Source: Tubiluchus corallicola (lineage: Eukaryota > Animalia > Priapulida). Taken from it: a DNA stretch of 64,000 nt. The notes beneath the pieces are model-generated. The model saw nothing but the letters and a program-made list of their open reading frames with translations. It was not told the origin of the DNA and did not search any database. Position 1 is the first letter of the stretch. Each line of letters starts with the position of its first letter. The stretch is taken from the NCBI GenBank assembly GCA_030141605.1, contig JAQGDQ010000198.1, positions 310,001 to 374,000 of the forward strand, written 5' to 3'. Shown piece after piece: positions 31,401-57,500 of the stretch. Made by a program: the position numbers and the translations under genes.

Positions 31401-31979
31401 TCACTATGTGAACGGACTGAGTCATTTATACTTTTCACACAGTCAAAATCGGTGTATGGCAACGAACAGACTATAAATAACTTATTATTTCATAGGTGAA
31501 CAGATTTGGGATAATATATTGCTTTCACTTCGTGAACAAGGCTGTGAAAGACTTCTGGATTTACTACACGAACAGACAGTGAAAGGCTTATGTGAACCTA
31601 TATGCAAAAAAAACAATAAAATTCTTCCATCTGGCAAAATACTGACGGATTTACCTGCCGTGTTGCCAATTGTCCACCAAATTTGAAAAAATTAATTTCC
31701 AAAATAAATAAATAAATAAATATATTACAGATTTAATTTAAAAACAGTTGTTCAAATGCAAACGTATATCCTGTTTTGAAGTATTTTACTTTACAAGTCA
31801 CTAATGTGAGGCAGCATTTATTCATTCTGCTATTATACGTGACGCGTTTCAATAGAACACAGCTAGGCTTACCTGGTAGCTTTCTCCCGTGCTAATGTGG
31901 GAATGATATGAACTGAACTAATAATACTAAGTAAAAAACAAAAGACCCCTCGTTTACACCAAAACACGATACGTTGCAT
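7883..31979 (-). CDS. Cys-loop ligand-gated ion channel subunit, glycine receptor/GluCl/GABA-A-like anion-channel group, 450 aa, 9 exons (31873-31979, 23393-23493, 21773-21852, 18355-18587, 15845-15927, 13620-13751, 10753-10937, 9330-9497, 7883-8146)
   Basis: Signal-peptide exon MQRIVFWCKRGVFCFLLSIISSVHIIPTLA; LMDKLLEDYDMSIRP; RLRQWWIDQRL; IWRPSVFFANE; Cys-loop CQMWLVKYPLDNQTC (C-x13-C) in an 83-bp exon; LPQF; M1 YHLIQSYIPMMILVMTSWVSFWL; M2 RVSLGITTLLTVNTL; M3 SYAKAIDVWTGTCATFVFAAFIEYACV; M4 IDVVARFAFPSLFLFFNLTYW. All junctions are GT-AG and in frame; total 1353 nt. Confidence 0.95.
8354..9405 (-). repeat. 88-bp tandem array (about 12 copies) of channel exon-8 3' end plus splice donor
   Basis: The unit on the - strand is TTCATAGAATATGC...GATGACCAG|GTAAAATTGAAGA. 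The first copy lies inside the exon. Confidence 0.95.
9540..10777 (-). repeat. 27-bp tandem array of channel M2 exon 3' end plus splice donor
   Basis: Unit ACTTTGCTTACAGTCAATACACTG|GTA (TLLTVNTLV). It is clean from about 10010 to 10777 and increasingly degenerate toward 9540. Confidence 0.95.
11228..12269. mobile_element. hAT-like MITE (CAGTGGC...GCCACTG) with a nested family-B element at about 11423-11960
   Basis: Short TIRs and an imperfect 8-bp TSD CTTAATAA/CTTAAGAC. The inner segment is the reverse complement of the family-B repeat. Confidence 0.65.
12305..12895. mobile_element. Tc1/mariner (pogo-like) MITE remnant
   Basis: Inverted ends TA-CAGTAAACCATGTATAA... and ...TTATACGTAGTTTACT. 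Confidence 0.45.
12954..13037. repeat. (ATC)/(GTC)n microsatellite
   Basis: Directly visible. Confidence 0.95.
14740..14997. mobile_element. Dispersed repeat family C
   Basis: Near-identical reverse complement of 63735-64000. Confidence 0.85.
15031..15192. repeat. (ATT)n microsatellite
   Basis: Directly visible. Confidence 0.98.
17789..18192. mobile_element. hAT-like MITE, TTCGAA-rich family D
   Basis: Ends TAGGGGTGAACAT and ATGCTCACCC; inverted relative to the copy at 37009-37446. Confidence 0.7.
19288..19978. repeat. 90-bp minisatellite (about 7.5 copies)
   Basis: Unit ttaatccataccagacagacatgc...gacccattatggatgtgcttagggcaccaacacac. It directly follows a family-B fragment at about 19095-19285. 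Confidence 0.95.
22317..23433 (-). repeat. 44-bp tandem array (about 25 copies) of channel exon-2 3' end plus splice donor
   Basis: The unit on the - strand is GATTATGACATGAGCATCAGACCACATTACTATGAACGAG|GT(G/A)A, encoding DYDMSIRPHYYER in the exonic copy. Confidence 0.95.
24144..24680. repeat. 39-bp minisatellite (about 14 copies)
   Basis: Unit aagatgtaaaacctcgttcacatcattacgtgcagaact. Confidence 0.95.
24940..25610. mobile_element. Dispersed repeat family B (non-autonomous element)
   Basis: The shared core ...gctagttagacgggcactagc...gtacctctcagtt...gtgacgaact...cggacttgaaaat recurs at 1-130 (inverted), 11423-11960 (inverted), 19095-19285, 30010-30550, 39640-40070 and 44370-44450. Confidence 0.8.
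25612..26781 (+). mobile_element. Possible solo LTR
   Basis: A roughly 1.17-kb block, more GC-rich than its flanks and non-coding. It has inverted termini TGTTGTGA...TCACAAC(G) and AATAAA at about 26604. No clear TSD. Confidence 0.4.
28303..28452. repeat. (GA)n-rich microsatellite
   Basis: Directly visible. Confidence 0.97.
28830..29420 (+). mobile_element. 5'-truncated non-LTR retrotransposon 3' end (ORF2 C-terminus plus 3' UTR)
   Basis: RETLYTDISSLYPKFTYLPDDVQLKLLLGSNDPEILQIACNFVLKCFSSR* resembles LINE ORF2 C-termini, followed by an AT-rich tail ending in AATAAA. Confidence 0.45.
30010..30550. mobile_element. Family B copy
   Basis: Similar to 24940-25610 along its length. Confidence 0.8.
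31254..31413. repeat. 35-bp minisatellite (about 4.5 copies)
   Basis: Unit tatgctttcactatgtgaacagattatcaatggct, with degenerate flanking copies. Confidence 0.92.
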
Positions 31980-32504
31980 CGTCGTTCGTGGAAAGTTTTA
32001 ACCATCAGCTGGTTAAACCCTGCATTTTGTGCACTGTTACACCAGCACTTCGAGAAAGTGCGCATGCGTGAAATGAAGCCAGTTCAGTGCAAATTAACGG
32101 AAAGGAAAGTCGCTTAGCATGTTGGGTTTATTTAATTGTCATCAATTAAACTTAGGAAAATATAACAATGAAATTTACAAAAAACTGTCTACAAAACACA
32201 AAGTTAGTTTATATATTACAGTGACAAACCGCTAAAATACAGTGGCAAACGTATGACGTCTGATTTACAAAAATGTCTACTACATAGTGTACTTTATTTT
32301 AAAGGAAACTGTGTTTATTACATGAGTCACGGGTTCGGATGTGTTCCGTTCATTAATAGATGCTTCGAAAATATTCGATAAAGGAGAATATATACGTAGT
32401 AATTTTTTTTAACTTTCTTAGAACACGTAAATTTCCCTGCCAAAATTGTTAAGCTTCTGTTTACTATGTACACTGAGCAAGAAACTCTGGCCAAGTTTAC
32501 TTTG

Positions 32505-34015
32505 CGCAGGCTACTTGCACACATTTTTCTGGCCTTGTCAAATGCTACTTGTAGACATAATCCTGGGCATGTCAACGACTACTTGCACACATTTTTTGGG
32601 GAATGTCAACAGCTATTCGCGCTCATCTTTCTGGGCATGTCAGCAGCTACATGACGACATTTTTCTGGGCATGTCAACGACTACTTGCACACATTTTTCT
32701 TGGCATGTCAACAGCTATTCGCACTCATCTTTCTGGGCATGTCAGAAGCTACATGACGACATTTCTCTGGGCATGTCAACGACTACTTGCACACATTTTT
32801 CTTGGCATGTCAACAGCTATTCGCACACATCTTTCTGGGCATGTCAGCAGCTACATGACGACATTTTTCTGGGCATGTCAACGACTACTTGCACACATTT
32901 TTCTTGGCATGTCAACAGCTATTCGCACTCATCTTTCTGGGCATGTCAGAAGCTACATGACGACATTTCTCTGGGCATGTCAACGACTACTTGCACACAT
33001 TTTTCTTGGCATGTCAACAGCTATTCGCACACATCTTTCTGGGCATGTCAGCAGCTACATGACGACATTTTTCTGGGCATGTCAACGACTACTTGCACAC
33101 ATTTTTTTGGTCATGTCAACGGCTATTCGCACACATCTTTCTGGGCATGTCAGCAGCTACATGACGACATTTTTCTGGGCATGTCAACGACTACTTGCAC
33201 ACATTTTTCTTGGCATGTCAACGGCTATTCGCACTCATCTTTCTGGGCATGTCAGCAGCTACATGACGACATTTCTCTGCGCATGTCAACGACTACTTGC
33301 ACACATTTTTCTTGGCATGTCAACAGCTATTCGCACACATCTTTCTGGGCATGTCAGCAGCTACATGACGACATTTTTCTGGGCATGTCAACGACTACTT
33401 GCACACATTTTTTTTGGCATGTCAACGGCTATTCGCACACATCTTTCTGGGCATGTCAGCAGCTACATGACGACATTTTTCTTGGCATGTCAACGACTAC
33501 TTGCACACATTTTTCTTGGCATGTCAACGGCTATTCGCACTCATCTTTCTGGGCATGTCAGCAGCTACATGACGACATTTTTCTGGGCATGTCAACGACT
33601 ACTTGCACGCATTTTTTTTGGCATGTCAACGGCTATTCGCACACATCTTTCTGGGCATGTCAGCAGCTACATGACGACATTTTTCTGGGCATGTCACCGA
33701 CTACTTGCACACATTTTTCTTGGCATGTCAACGGCTATTCGCACACATCTTTCAGGGCATGTCAACGAGTACTTGCAGACATTTCAGGTTATGCCAACGG
33801 CTACTTGCAGTCATTTCTCCGAGCATGTCAACGACTACTTGCACACATTTTTCTTGGCATGTCAACGGCTATTCGCACACGTCTTTCTGGGCATGTCAGC
33901 AGCTACATGCAGACATTTTTCTGGCCATGTCAACGAGTACTTGCAGACATTTCAGGTTATGCCAACGGCTACTTGCAGTCATATTTCTGGGCATGTCTAC
34001 GACTACTTGCACAAA
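32505..34015. repeat. Higher-order minisatellite: 102-bp unit built from three diverged 34-bp monomers (about 44 monomers)
   Basis: Monomers gggcatgtcaacgactacttgcacacatttttct / tggcatgtcaacagctattcgcacacatctttct / gggcatgtcagcagctacatgacgacatttttct repeat in fixed order. Confidence 0.95.
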
Positions 34016-34789
34016 TTGTCCCCGACATTGTGACTGCCAACCTTCGTAGAATCCGGGTAGCCTTCAGTCTGTACAAGCAGGCCTATGTTAATGTGTGCTG
34101 ATTAGGCAGGATACTGCCCATTATCTAGTTCTCCAGTTTGTGGTTGTTCTTTCCATTACATTTTGCAAGTCTACAGGCAGGTGCATTAGCATCTTTCTCA
34201 TTTACTTTTCTTCTTCCAATAAACAACAAGAGCTCTAACAGAACTTCTGAATCTATCAGGAAACCAACTATGATGCTTGGTATGATTTTGGATACAGATA
34301 ACCTGTCTGGATTTGTGTGCGTAATTCTGTTATTTCTGTATAAGTCACTGGTGTGGTCGACGTCATTGTTGTTGTAATTGTAACACCAATCAATAAAGAA
34401 CAAGAACAGTAAAGTAGAGAATGGTCACCGAGTACACTAAATCTGCTGATGATTCTAGGACACACTAGTCAATAAAAATGAACTCTGAGAAGTGAACGCA
34501 TTATTTAGTAGACATTCTATACTCTATAGCAAGTTTTAACACTCAACGCAACATAATACTAATTTAAGTGAAAAATCTTTCCAATAGAAATACGTGAGAC
34601 AAAAAAGATAGCAGATAACATTACAGACGAACTTCCCGGCAAGAAAATATTCTTTTGTGCTATTTCATCAGTCGTCTTTATTAATGTAATCCTGAACACA
34701 GTGTAATCACAAAAATTATCATTGTGCCGGAGCTGAGCTACGTACCGGCATTGCACAGCATTTATTAATACTACCACCCCCGCACTTAC

Positions 34790-35303
34790 ATTTTGCGTCT
34801 TTGTCATATTGGGCCACTTCTTCAATCCAGTGCAAATAATAGGAATTTTTACAGCAAAATTTACTGAGCCAGCTTCATCAGCATCATTGATGCTGCTTTC
34901 GTCATCATCTTCCTTCTCATGCACTTTGCACGACTGCACGCCGATCACTTCCCCTGTCCGGTTTAATACCATCAGTCCACCTGAATCACCCTGTAGGTAA
35001 GCAAAATGTGGCTCTGCAATTCCACAACATTTGTGGTGACTTAGTTCAATTAATCGACTGCTTTGAATAACAAGAGACATGTTTAGTAAGTCATTAATAA
35101 ATGGGTTTTTGTGCTACAGCAAATGATAAAATGAAATATTTCTGTGAAAAGTACTACCAGCCCATACTTACTATTGTTACAGAGGCACCTACTGTCGGGT
35201 CAAGCATAGGGCCCTCTGCACGCCCTGGTTCCACATTAGTAGCGACTCGCCTCTTCCTTGTAAATCCAGACGTCTCGTTTGGGCCTAAACGTGGTGTGAG
35301 AAG
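34790..35303 (-). pseudogene. Orphan trypsin-like serine-protease exon pair (35172-35303 and 34790-34990); partial gene or pseudogene
   Basis: Two open phase-0 exons with cag/tag acceptors and gtaagt donors. The second encodes GDSGGLMVLNRTGEVIGVQS...VNFAVKIP, resembling the catalytic-Ser strand of HtrA/trypsin-2-like proteases. No His/Asp-containing exons or start codon were found. Confidence 0.5.
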
Positions 35304-35945
35304 CTAGCTGACCAAGAATGCCAGTATGAAAGCGTGTAAAGGTCACTACAGCTTTGATTTCTGACAGAGATGCTCCTCCATCCTCCACCTAGTATATATG
35401 TGTGCTATTATTACTTACTTAAGTGAGTGTTTTTTTGTGTATTTTATTCTCCTCTTCTTTGTTATTAATGCTCGCAATAAAACTTGTTAGAATGTTATTC
35501 TAGCGTTCTATTTTGTGACTTTTGTGTGTGCTAGATGACTTGTTACAAGAGTTAGTTCGTAAAGCAGTTCATATATGCAATTTAGTTCATAAAGAAATTA
35601 TTACTAATTAAGATAACATTTGTAATTAAGAGAATTTCATTAGTTAAGAAATTAATTACTTGAAAGAACAATATAAAATGGATCATCATAATGCGGAATT
35701 TAAATACCACCATTCATTCCTGGAATTCGACGCTCTGACACCAAGCCAAGTCGAATTCAGTCCAATATATTAGTGAAATTATTCTGTCTATTGCTGCCTG
35801 ATATGTAACGATCGGGTAATAAGAAGATGGTTGTGTTTATATGTGTGCATGTATACCTCGAAATAGGCAAGTTAATGGCCGAGCAAATTTAAAAAGTGAA
35901 CGAGATAGTCATTTACAAAACTTGTTACGTGTGTTTATAGGATAA

Positions 35946-36345
35946 TTAAAACTGTAATCTCATTCTGCCTATTGTAGGCATTGAGGTATCAGCATTTATC
36001 AGAGCATTCGACCCACTTCTATCTGCAGCTAACAGCATAAGTTCTTCTACTACTAAAGATAAATTTGGTTGAAGTTGTTGAATATCTGTATTTATCTTAG
36101 CTATCCAAGTTGCTTTATGTTTGCCAGGTGGTTTTTTGCAGGGTTTTAAGGCTTCCTTTAAAGCGATTCTCACAGGTGCTTCATTTGGTAATCTGACTCT
36201 TAGAAGATGTCCTATTGATCTTAACCTTCGGATCTTGACCTTTGAACTCCAATAAATTTCTTTTGTTCTGGTGTATAAATCTTCATTTTTAATTATGTAT
36301 GGCCATCTTATCTTTAAAACTTTCCTGAGAAGACTTCTATGAAAT
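35946..36345 (-). mobile_element. RTE-like LINE ORF2 C-terminal fragment, 5'-truncated
   Basis: FHRSLLRKVLKIRWPYIIKNEDLY...KIRRLRSIGHLLR...PVRIALKEALKPCKKPPGKHKATWI...LAADR fits the post-RT RTE motifs (I.W...I.NEEL, RRL.W.GH..R, P.GRP..TW, A.DR). Confidence 0.8.
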
Positions 36346-36499
36346 TACCGGCTGGCGTCTGCTATTTCCACATTCTCGTTTCTAGCAATGTGAGAAATCC
36401 GTATGGAAAACTGATTCTTAGTTCCAGCTTTTTCCGATCTGATTTCTGACGGTGCCTCACTTAATTGATGACCACGCATTGGTCAAGTAAACTGCTAGC

Positions 36500-37008
36500 C
36501 TATTAAAAATAGAGTTGACTACAAAAAGTTAATGTATGATAGAATTGCAAAACAAATAGTTATGAAACAAAAAATAGATTGTATGAACAATGCTGGTATG
36601 ATGAGATTGTAAAAATGGCTAATTGTTATGAAATAAAGTAAATAGTAATGATGTGGAACAAGTAATTAAATACAAGAAGTTTGAATGGAAAAAGATGATT
36701 AAAAATAGACTGGCGAAAAAGTAGCAGAGACGTTCAGAGCAAAATGCAATAAAATGACAAAATTGAGACTTCTCAAACATAATGAATTTAAAAAGCAAAA
36801 TTGCATCTCTGAATTAGGTGTGAATAAAATGAGTTAATATATGAAAATTAAATTAATATGTTAGAATTGAAGTGTAACTTCAAAAGTGCCCACATGAATA
36901 GTTCAATGTGCTCGATGTGTAATATTAAAGAAGATACAACTGAACATCTATTTGTTAGTAGATGTTTGCAGGATTGACGCCACGTGATCTATACGAAACG
37001 AATTTGAG
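36500..37008 (+). mobile_element. Degraded LINE 3' fragment with zinc-knuckle-like motif
   Basis: NMLELKCNFKSAHMNSSMCSMCNIKEDTTEHLF (C-x2-C...E.TEHLF) with frameshifts and stops upstream. Confidence 0.55.
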
Positions 37009-37447
37009 TAGGGATGAGCATCGAAAGTTCGAGTTCGAACGTTCGAATCGAATTTGAACGCTCGAATTCGATTCGAACCAGTTTTTTAGTTCGAACTCGA
37101 TTCGAATGCAAAACTATAGATTCGAATAATTCAGCACTTCAATCACATATGTTCCTGATCACTAAAACGATTGAAACAACATGCAATTAGCATAATTTAG
37201 CTGTGATTTCTGCACACAATTTTAAAGAAATTACTAGTCGTTTTATTGCAGAACAAAATCTAGTGATACACATGATCTTTGTAAGACTAATTTTTACTGG
37301 TGGTTCGAAAACTTGTTCGAGAATCGTTCAATCTCAATTCGAATTCGGTTCGAATTCGAAACACTGAAGTTCGGTTCGATTCGAATTCGAAAGCCACAAA
37401 TTCGGTTCGATTCGAATTCGCTTTCTGGTAGAGAATGCTCACCCCTA
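37009..37447. mobile_element. hAT-like MITE family D
   Basis: TIRs TAGGGATGAGCAT / ATGCTCACCCCTA, dense TTCGAA subterminal repeats, imperfect 8-bp TSD AATTTGAG/ATGTTGAG. Confidence 0.8.
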
Positions 37448-37865
37448 ATGTTGAGGTCATAAAAAGAATCATCGAGTGTACTACGGCTATTCTGGAATAT
37501 ATAAATGAAGCTGAATTCGTGATATGAAGCTGTAAACAGTGTATATAGATCCTGCAGTCGTTCCTAGAGTGATTGCTTGCTGAATTGCAACGAGGATCAA
37601 GACTGAACCACTGAATCATGCACGTATTTTAAGCGGTGCGTCTTGAATTATGATTTCACGAACTGGCAGATGGAAAATGACAGCCTGCTACGTTTATTTT
37701 TGTACATGAATAATTTTGTGTTGATGTCTTGATGAGGCAACGAAATACGTCCCACCACCAAATTTTTCTTTCCTAAGATCTATTATGTGGTAACTTATTG
37801 TTCGTGAGTCACGCGTTCACACTGCAAAATTATTTTGACAAGTTTGTCTGTCACTCGTATTTACT

Positions 37866-52827
<14,962 letters not shown>

Positions 52828-54537
52828 ACGTTGCACAACGATAAGTCTACGCTTGGTGCTTTGGAGCGAATTACCAAAACTACGCTAATTTTTTTTTTGT
52901 GTTTTATATTTTAGGTTCTAGGTGCTAACAACTAATCTAGGATTAGGTGATACAAGTATTTAAATCAAACTTCAGAGGCCAAAATGTTGCTTTATTTAAC
53001 AAACATTTTTGCATGTACTTTAAGTCGGTAGGATTTTTAAACGTTTTTATTCAAGTATGTATTATTTTAAATTTGTTGCCTCAATTTTAATGCTCACCCT
53101 ACTAATGCTATGCCGGTGTGGACTGAGATGAGATATAGTGTTTATTGTTTATAGTATTTATTTTTTAGTACCCGTGTTTGTATTCTTGATCTTAACGTCA
53201 ATAGTATTTACAGTGTTTTTAATACCAGTGACTACCATATTGGCGCTATATGGTATATTGCTCATATAGTGTGGCATTTCTAAATGACTTAATAAACCGT
53301 TTACATTATTTTCTGCTTTTCAATAAACTGTTTATACGGAACTATGTCAAATGCTAACTCATTAATGTGTATTACAGTTTGTGCTTTTATTATTAACCCA
53401 TTCATCCTGTTAATTTTATTACATGGTCATTACTGTGTTATAATCCACATTGTTTCATAGTCATGTTATTTATACTTTAATAACTTTGTTAAAAGTGTTA
53501 ATTGTTATATGTTTTGCCCTGTGAATCTCACATAGATTTTAACTGAGTAGTTTTACCAAGATTATTTATTTATAATGATGCATGCTTGTGTTATTCGTAC
53601 ATATTCTTGTTGTGGCAATCACTGTATTAGCATTTGACAAATAATGTTATCTATTGTTCTAATATAAATAAACTCGAAGAAATACTAGTCAGTTTTGTTC
53701 CCATCTAATATTTCCTAAGATAAGTGAAAGATGTGTTGAGGGAAAGGACATGTCTCTTAGCTTTTGTCTCTTAAACTTAGAAAAATGTAACAAAAAATTT
53801 TGCTAAAACTCTGTAAAGCTTAAAGTTAATTTACGTTAGTGTTGTACAGAAATTTTCAAGTGTGCTGGTATCTGCCGTTCACTTGAAAATTATGCGATCT
53901 TAGAAGATTACCCTTGATAATGAGGAAGATACTGGTCTTGCCGCAACCACTGAACATTAGCAAATTCAGATCGTCAAGACAAATTATTGCATTTTCACAA
54001 ATATAAGCTAATATTTGGGATAGCAATCTAAAGGTATTTTACAAAGAAAAACCTATAGGATAATTAGCAAGCACTACACAACAGAAAATTAAAACAAGAA
54101 TACCATCCAAAACAAAAAGGCATTACCAATATTCACGATGTGCGGTACTTGTACTGCTCAGCAGTTACCATCTAATTTTATTTGACACCACAGTATCAGC
54201 CATTTGTGCAGTGTAAACTTAGATATTACATAAAATATCTAACTGAGATGCTTGTGATTTCAGATACAGTTTCCATGAAAGCCAAAGTCTTGCAATTTTT
54301 AAACAATACCCACTGAACAATAGTGAATGCCTTAAACAATAGAGGTGGATTTTCACTACTTCAAATTTTGTTTAAAAAGTGATGACTGACAACGTTGTAT
54401 AATAATAATATTGAACATTTTCACCATATAACATATAATATAAGACTTTATACACCTTACAAATAAATATAATTTAATTTATGATTCAACAATAATCTAG
54501 AGACGTTTTCACAATGATATTCTGACTAGAGAAGGCA

Positions 54538-57500
54538 TCATAGTGCCGTAGGCTCCGCGGCTTCAGGCTTTGATGTGCAAAACAGGCGCTCAAAATCTTG
54601 GAATGCAGCTTTGATGGCTTTTTGGTCGGTTTTTGAGCATGTTCGGAATATCCACAATCTTCCAGCTAGCATCTCGCTCAACTTCAGGGCGTCTTGTAAC
54701 TGAAAAACCTTACAGTGAGTAAAGTCAGAGTTCTAGCAGGAAAGTTTTGAGTGTAAAAATGTAAAAAATGATTAAAAAATACCGAGTTGTCCAGAAAAAT
54801 AACTCCCCCACCAAATCAACAAAGTAATCTTGCATCTTAGTAGAGGCATTTGTAAAACAAACATATCATGTGTAGCCCAGTTTCTCCTCTTTACAAAGAG
54901 ACATAAATTTCCGTCCGAAGACCCTCGTCAAGTGCTGCTAGGTCATTTTTTCTACAGTGTACATCTAGTAACAATGGGTAAAAAATCTCCAAAACTGGCC
55001 ATTTTTGCTCATTTCAGAGCACTGTGCAGAAAGAAATGCCCTAGTTTAGTGAGGACCGTGGAAAGAAATTCATGGCCCTTTGGAAAGAAGTGAAACTAAG
55101 CAACATGATGATGAGTCTTTTTAAGAAATGCCTACATTATGACATCTTTATCTTTCAGTATTGTGAGCATCGAGTGGCACAAAAATAACCAAGACATCGA
55201 AAAATATATGGCGATGTTCCTTGGAACTATTTCATGTGTATTCACCTCCAGATTAACAAAAACAGTAGACATACTTTTAAATATGAATAAAACACCTCTG
55301 CCGGTTCAGTGTCTCATCTTGAAGGACTACCCTTGATAACAAGACAGATTTAGGTCCTTCCACAAAGATCCGCATTGAGCAAAGCTGCTACTGATTGCTG
55401 GAATGAAGTTTTCAGAGCAGCAAACTAAGACAAAAGCTGCTGCTTTGATATAACCCAACAAAGCAACTACCTGTTGTGCCGACCGTGCCCCGGCCTTGTC
55501 CTGATGACTAGCAAGAATGAGGGAAGGGCATCCAGTCAGTTTCTTCTCTCCCGAGACAGAGTGCAGATTCTCTCTGATGAGGTCAAGTTGTTTCTGATCA
55601 GCAGTGCTATCTAGTACATAAATCAGCCCTAATGCTCCCGCGTAATAGCGACTCCAATACTGTCTGATGTCTTCAGAACCTGTGGAAATTGAGAATTTTT
55701 TTATTACATTTGTTCTAATGAAGTTGGTTCCAATTAACTCAGCTTGCACACGGATTTGCATGAAAACTAAGGCCGACAATAAAAAATACTCTAGTATTTC
55801 CGTCTAATCGCCCGGGTAATTTCTTAAAACTAATAAAACAAGTCTTCGCAGGTTTTACTTTGTATTGGTTCGACAGCTCAACTTAGCCAGCCCTTATTCT
55901 CAGCCGCATATGTCCGTTTGTTTGTCTGTCTGTTCCTGCTATTTCAAGAAAACTGCTGGATCAAATCCAAATAAAACTGCACAGCTGGTGAGTCTGAAAT
56001 CTTGTTGTGCAGCAAAAAATTTAGTTGCTAAAGTGATAACAGTTGCCTAGCAACGCCCAAAAAACTTCTAAAATTACTGGAGACAAAAGCCATTACTGCA
56101 GTACTGCAGATAATTCCAAACACTGGAATTTCTTTCGGTCTGTCTGTCTGCCCGTTCGTCTGAGCAGTCGAACCACTACCACTCAGCAGACTTGTCAGGA
56201 AGAACGCTAAACACAATATTATACATAGTAAAATATATTACCGCCCAGCTCCTTTACTGTAAAGATGATATTGTCCGCCTCCACAGCCTTGATGTTAAAC
56301 CCTGAAAATATTAAGATACGGGCATTAGTAATATTTAGCTGCACTTACAAATGAGCAGAAAATATGGTCCTGACTAATTAGCTGCTATATCTGGGAAAAT
56401 AAGTTACTTCTCTTCTTAATAAAAGTAATTCTTTTCCATTCTTTTACTAGAAGATCTTTTTATAGAAATACAATAACCAAAAGTCAAAGTGTATAAGAGA
56501 CCCTCTCTCACTCTGTTGCATCAAATTTTGAAAAACTAAAATCTGGTAGGTATAAATTCTTAATGTAAAACCAGTGGCGACTCATAGCTAATTTAGTGGA
56601 GTTGCTGCTTTAGAAAATTTTAAGCAATTTTAATACTGTGTAAAACTAAACAAAGATGTAATTATAATGATGTAATTTGCAATTGTGATTTTAAACAAAC
56701 AAACATACGAAAATTTATGCATTAACTTGATGAAATTGTAAATAAAAAATTTTTTGCTTACGAATAGCCTAAATTGGCACAGTTCAAGATTGGTCCATTC
56801 ATTTAAAAACGAATATCAGGCGTTGAAGGGCCTCTTTCTTAACTGCCAACTTTCTCATGGAAAGACAACCATGTAAACTTAAGCTGTTGAAGTTCGATTA
56901 CAGTTACAGAACATTTTTTGAGGATGCAAGGAGGCCATGATTAAATTGTTTAAATGCTGGTACACGATTTTTAAGTATGTGACAACTGACAACACACACT
57001 GCATGAGCGGCAGTGCCCTCTCTACCTAGAGTGCAGCGTCTTATCTCCGACATGGGCGCACGGCTGCATGTGAACAACAGCCAAATACAATGCTGCTACA
57101 GCTGTGAAGCGCACAGTTCTGTCACGTGCTACAAGTATAAAGAAAGAATTAAAGAAAAAAGATTTATTATATTGAATATTATCGATAATATTGAGTGAAA
57201 ATAGGGAGTGCTGCAGTTCCGCCGTACCAATACACAAGACACCACTGTGTAAAACTAAGAGGTTTCTAAATTCGTTCACTCCAAGTGCAGTAAGACAATT
57301 TAATGTTAACTTCAAGTGATAACCAGTTTCCTAGTCTTTATGATGTGTCACTTGATTTTAGGTTTTGCGTTTGTTGCATGTTTTAATATTTTAACATAGG
57401 TCTATTACCCTACAGTAAAATAATCAATGAATGGTACTGCCACAGGTGTAAATTTAATTTAGTGTAACAATACACCTTACGCACATGAAATAGGCGACTG

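Noticed and set aside
8354-34015. Tandem arrays as CRISPR arrays
   Set aside because: Units are contiguous with no unique spacers, there are no cas genes, and the context is a spliced eukaryotic gene.
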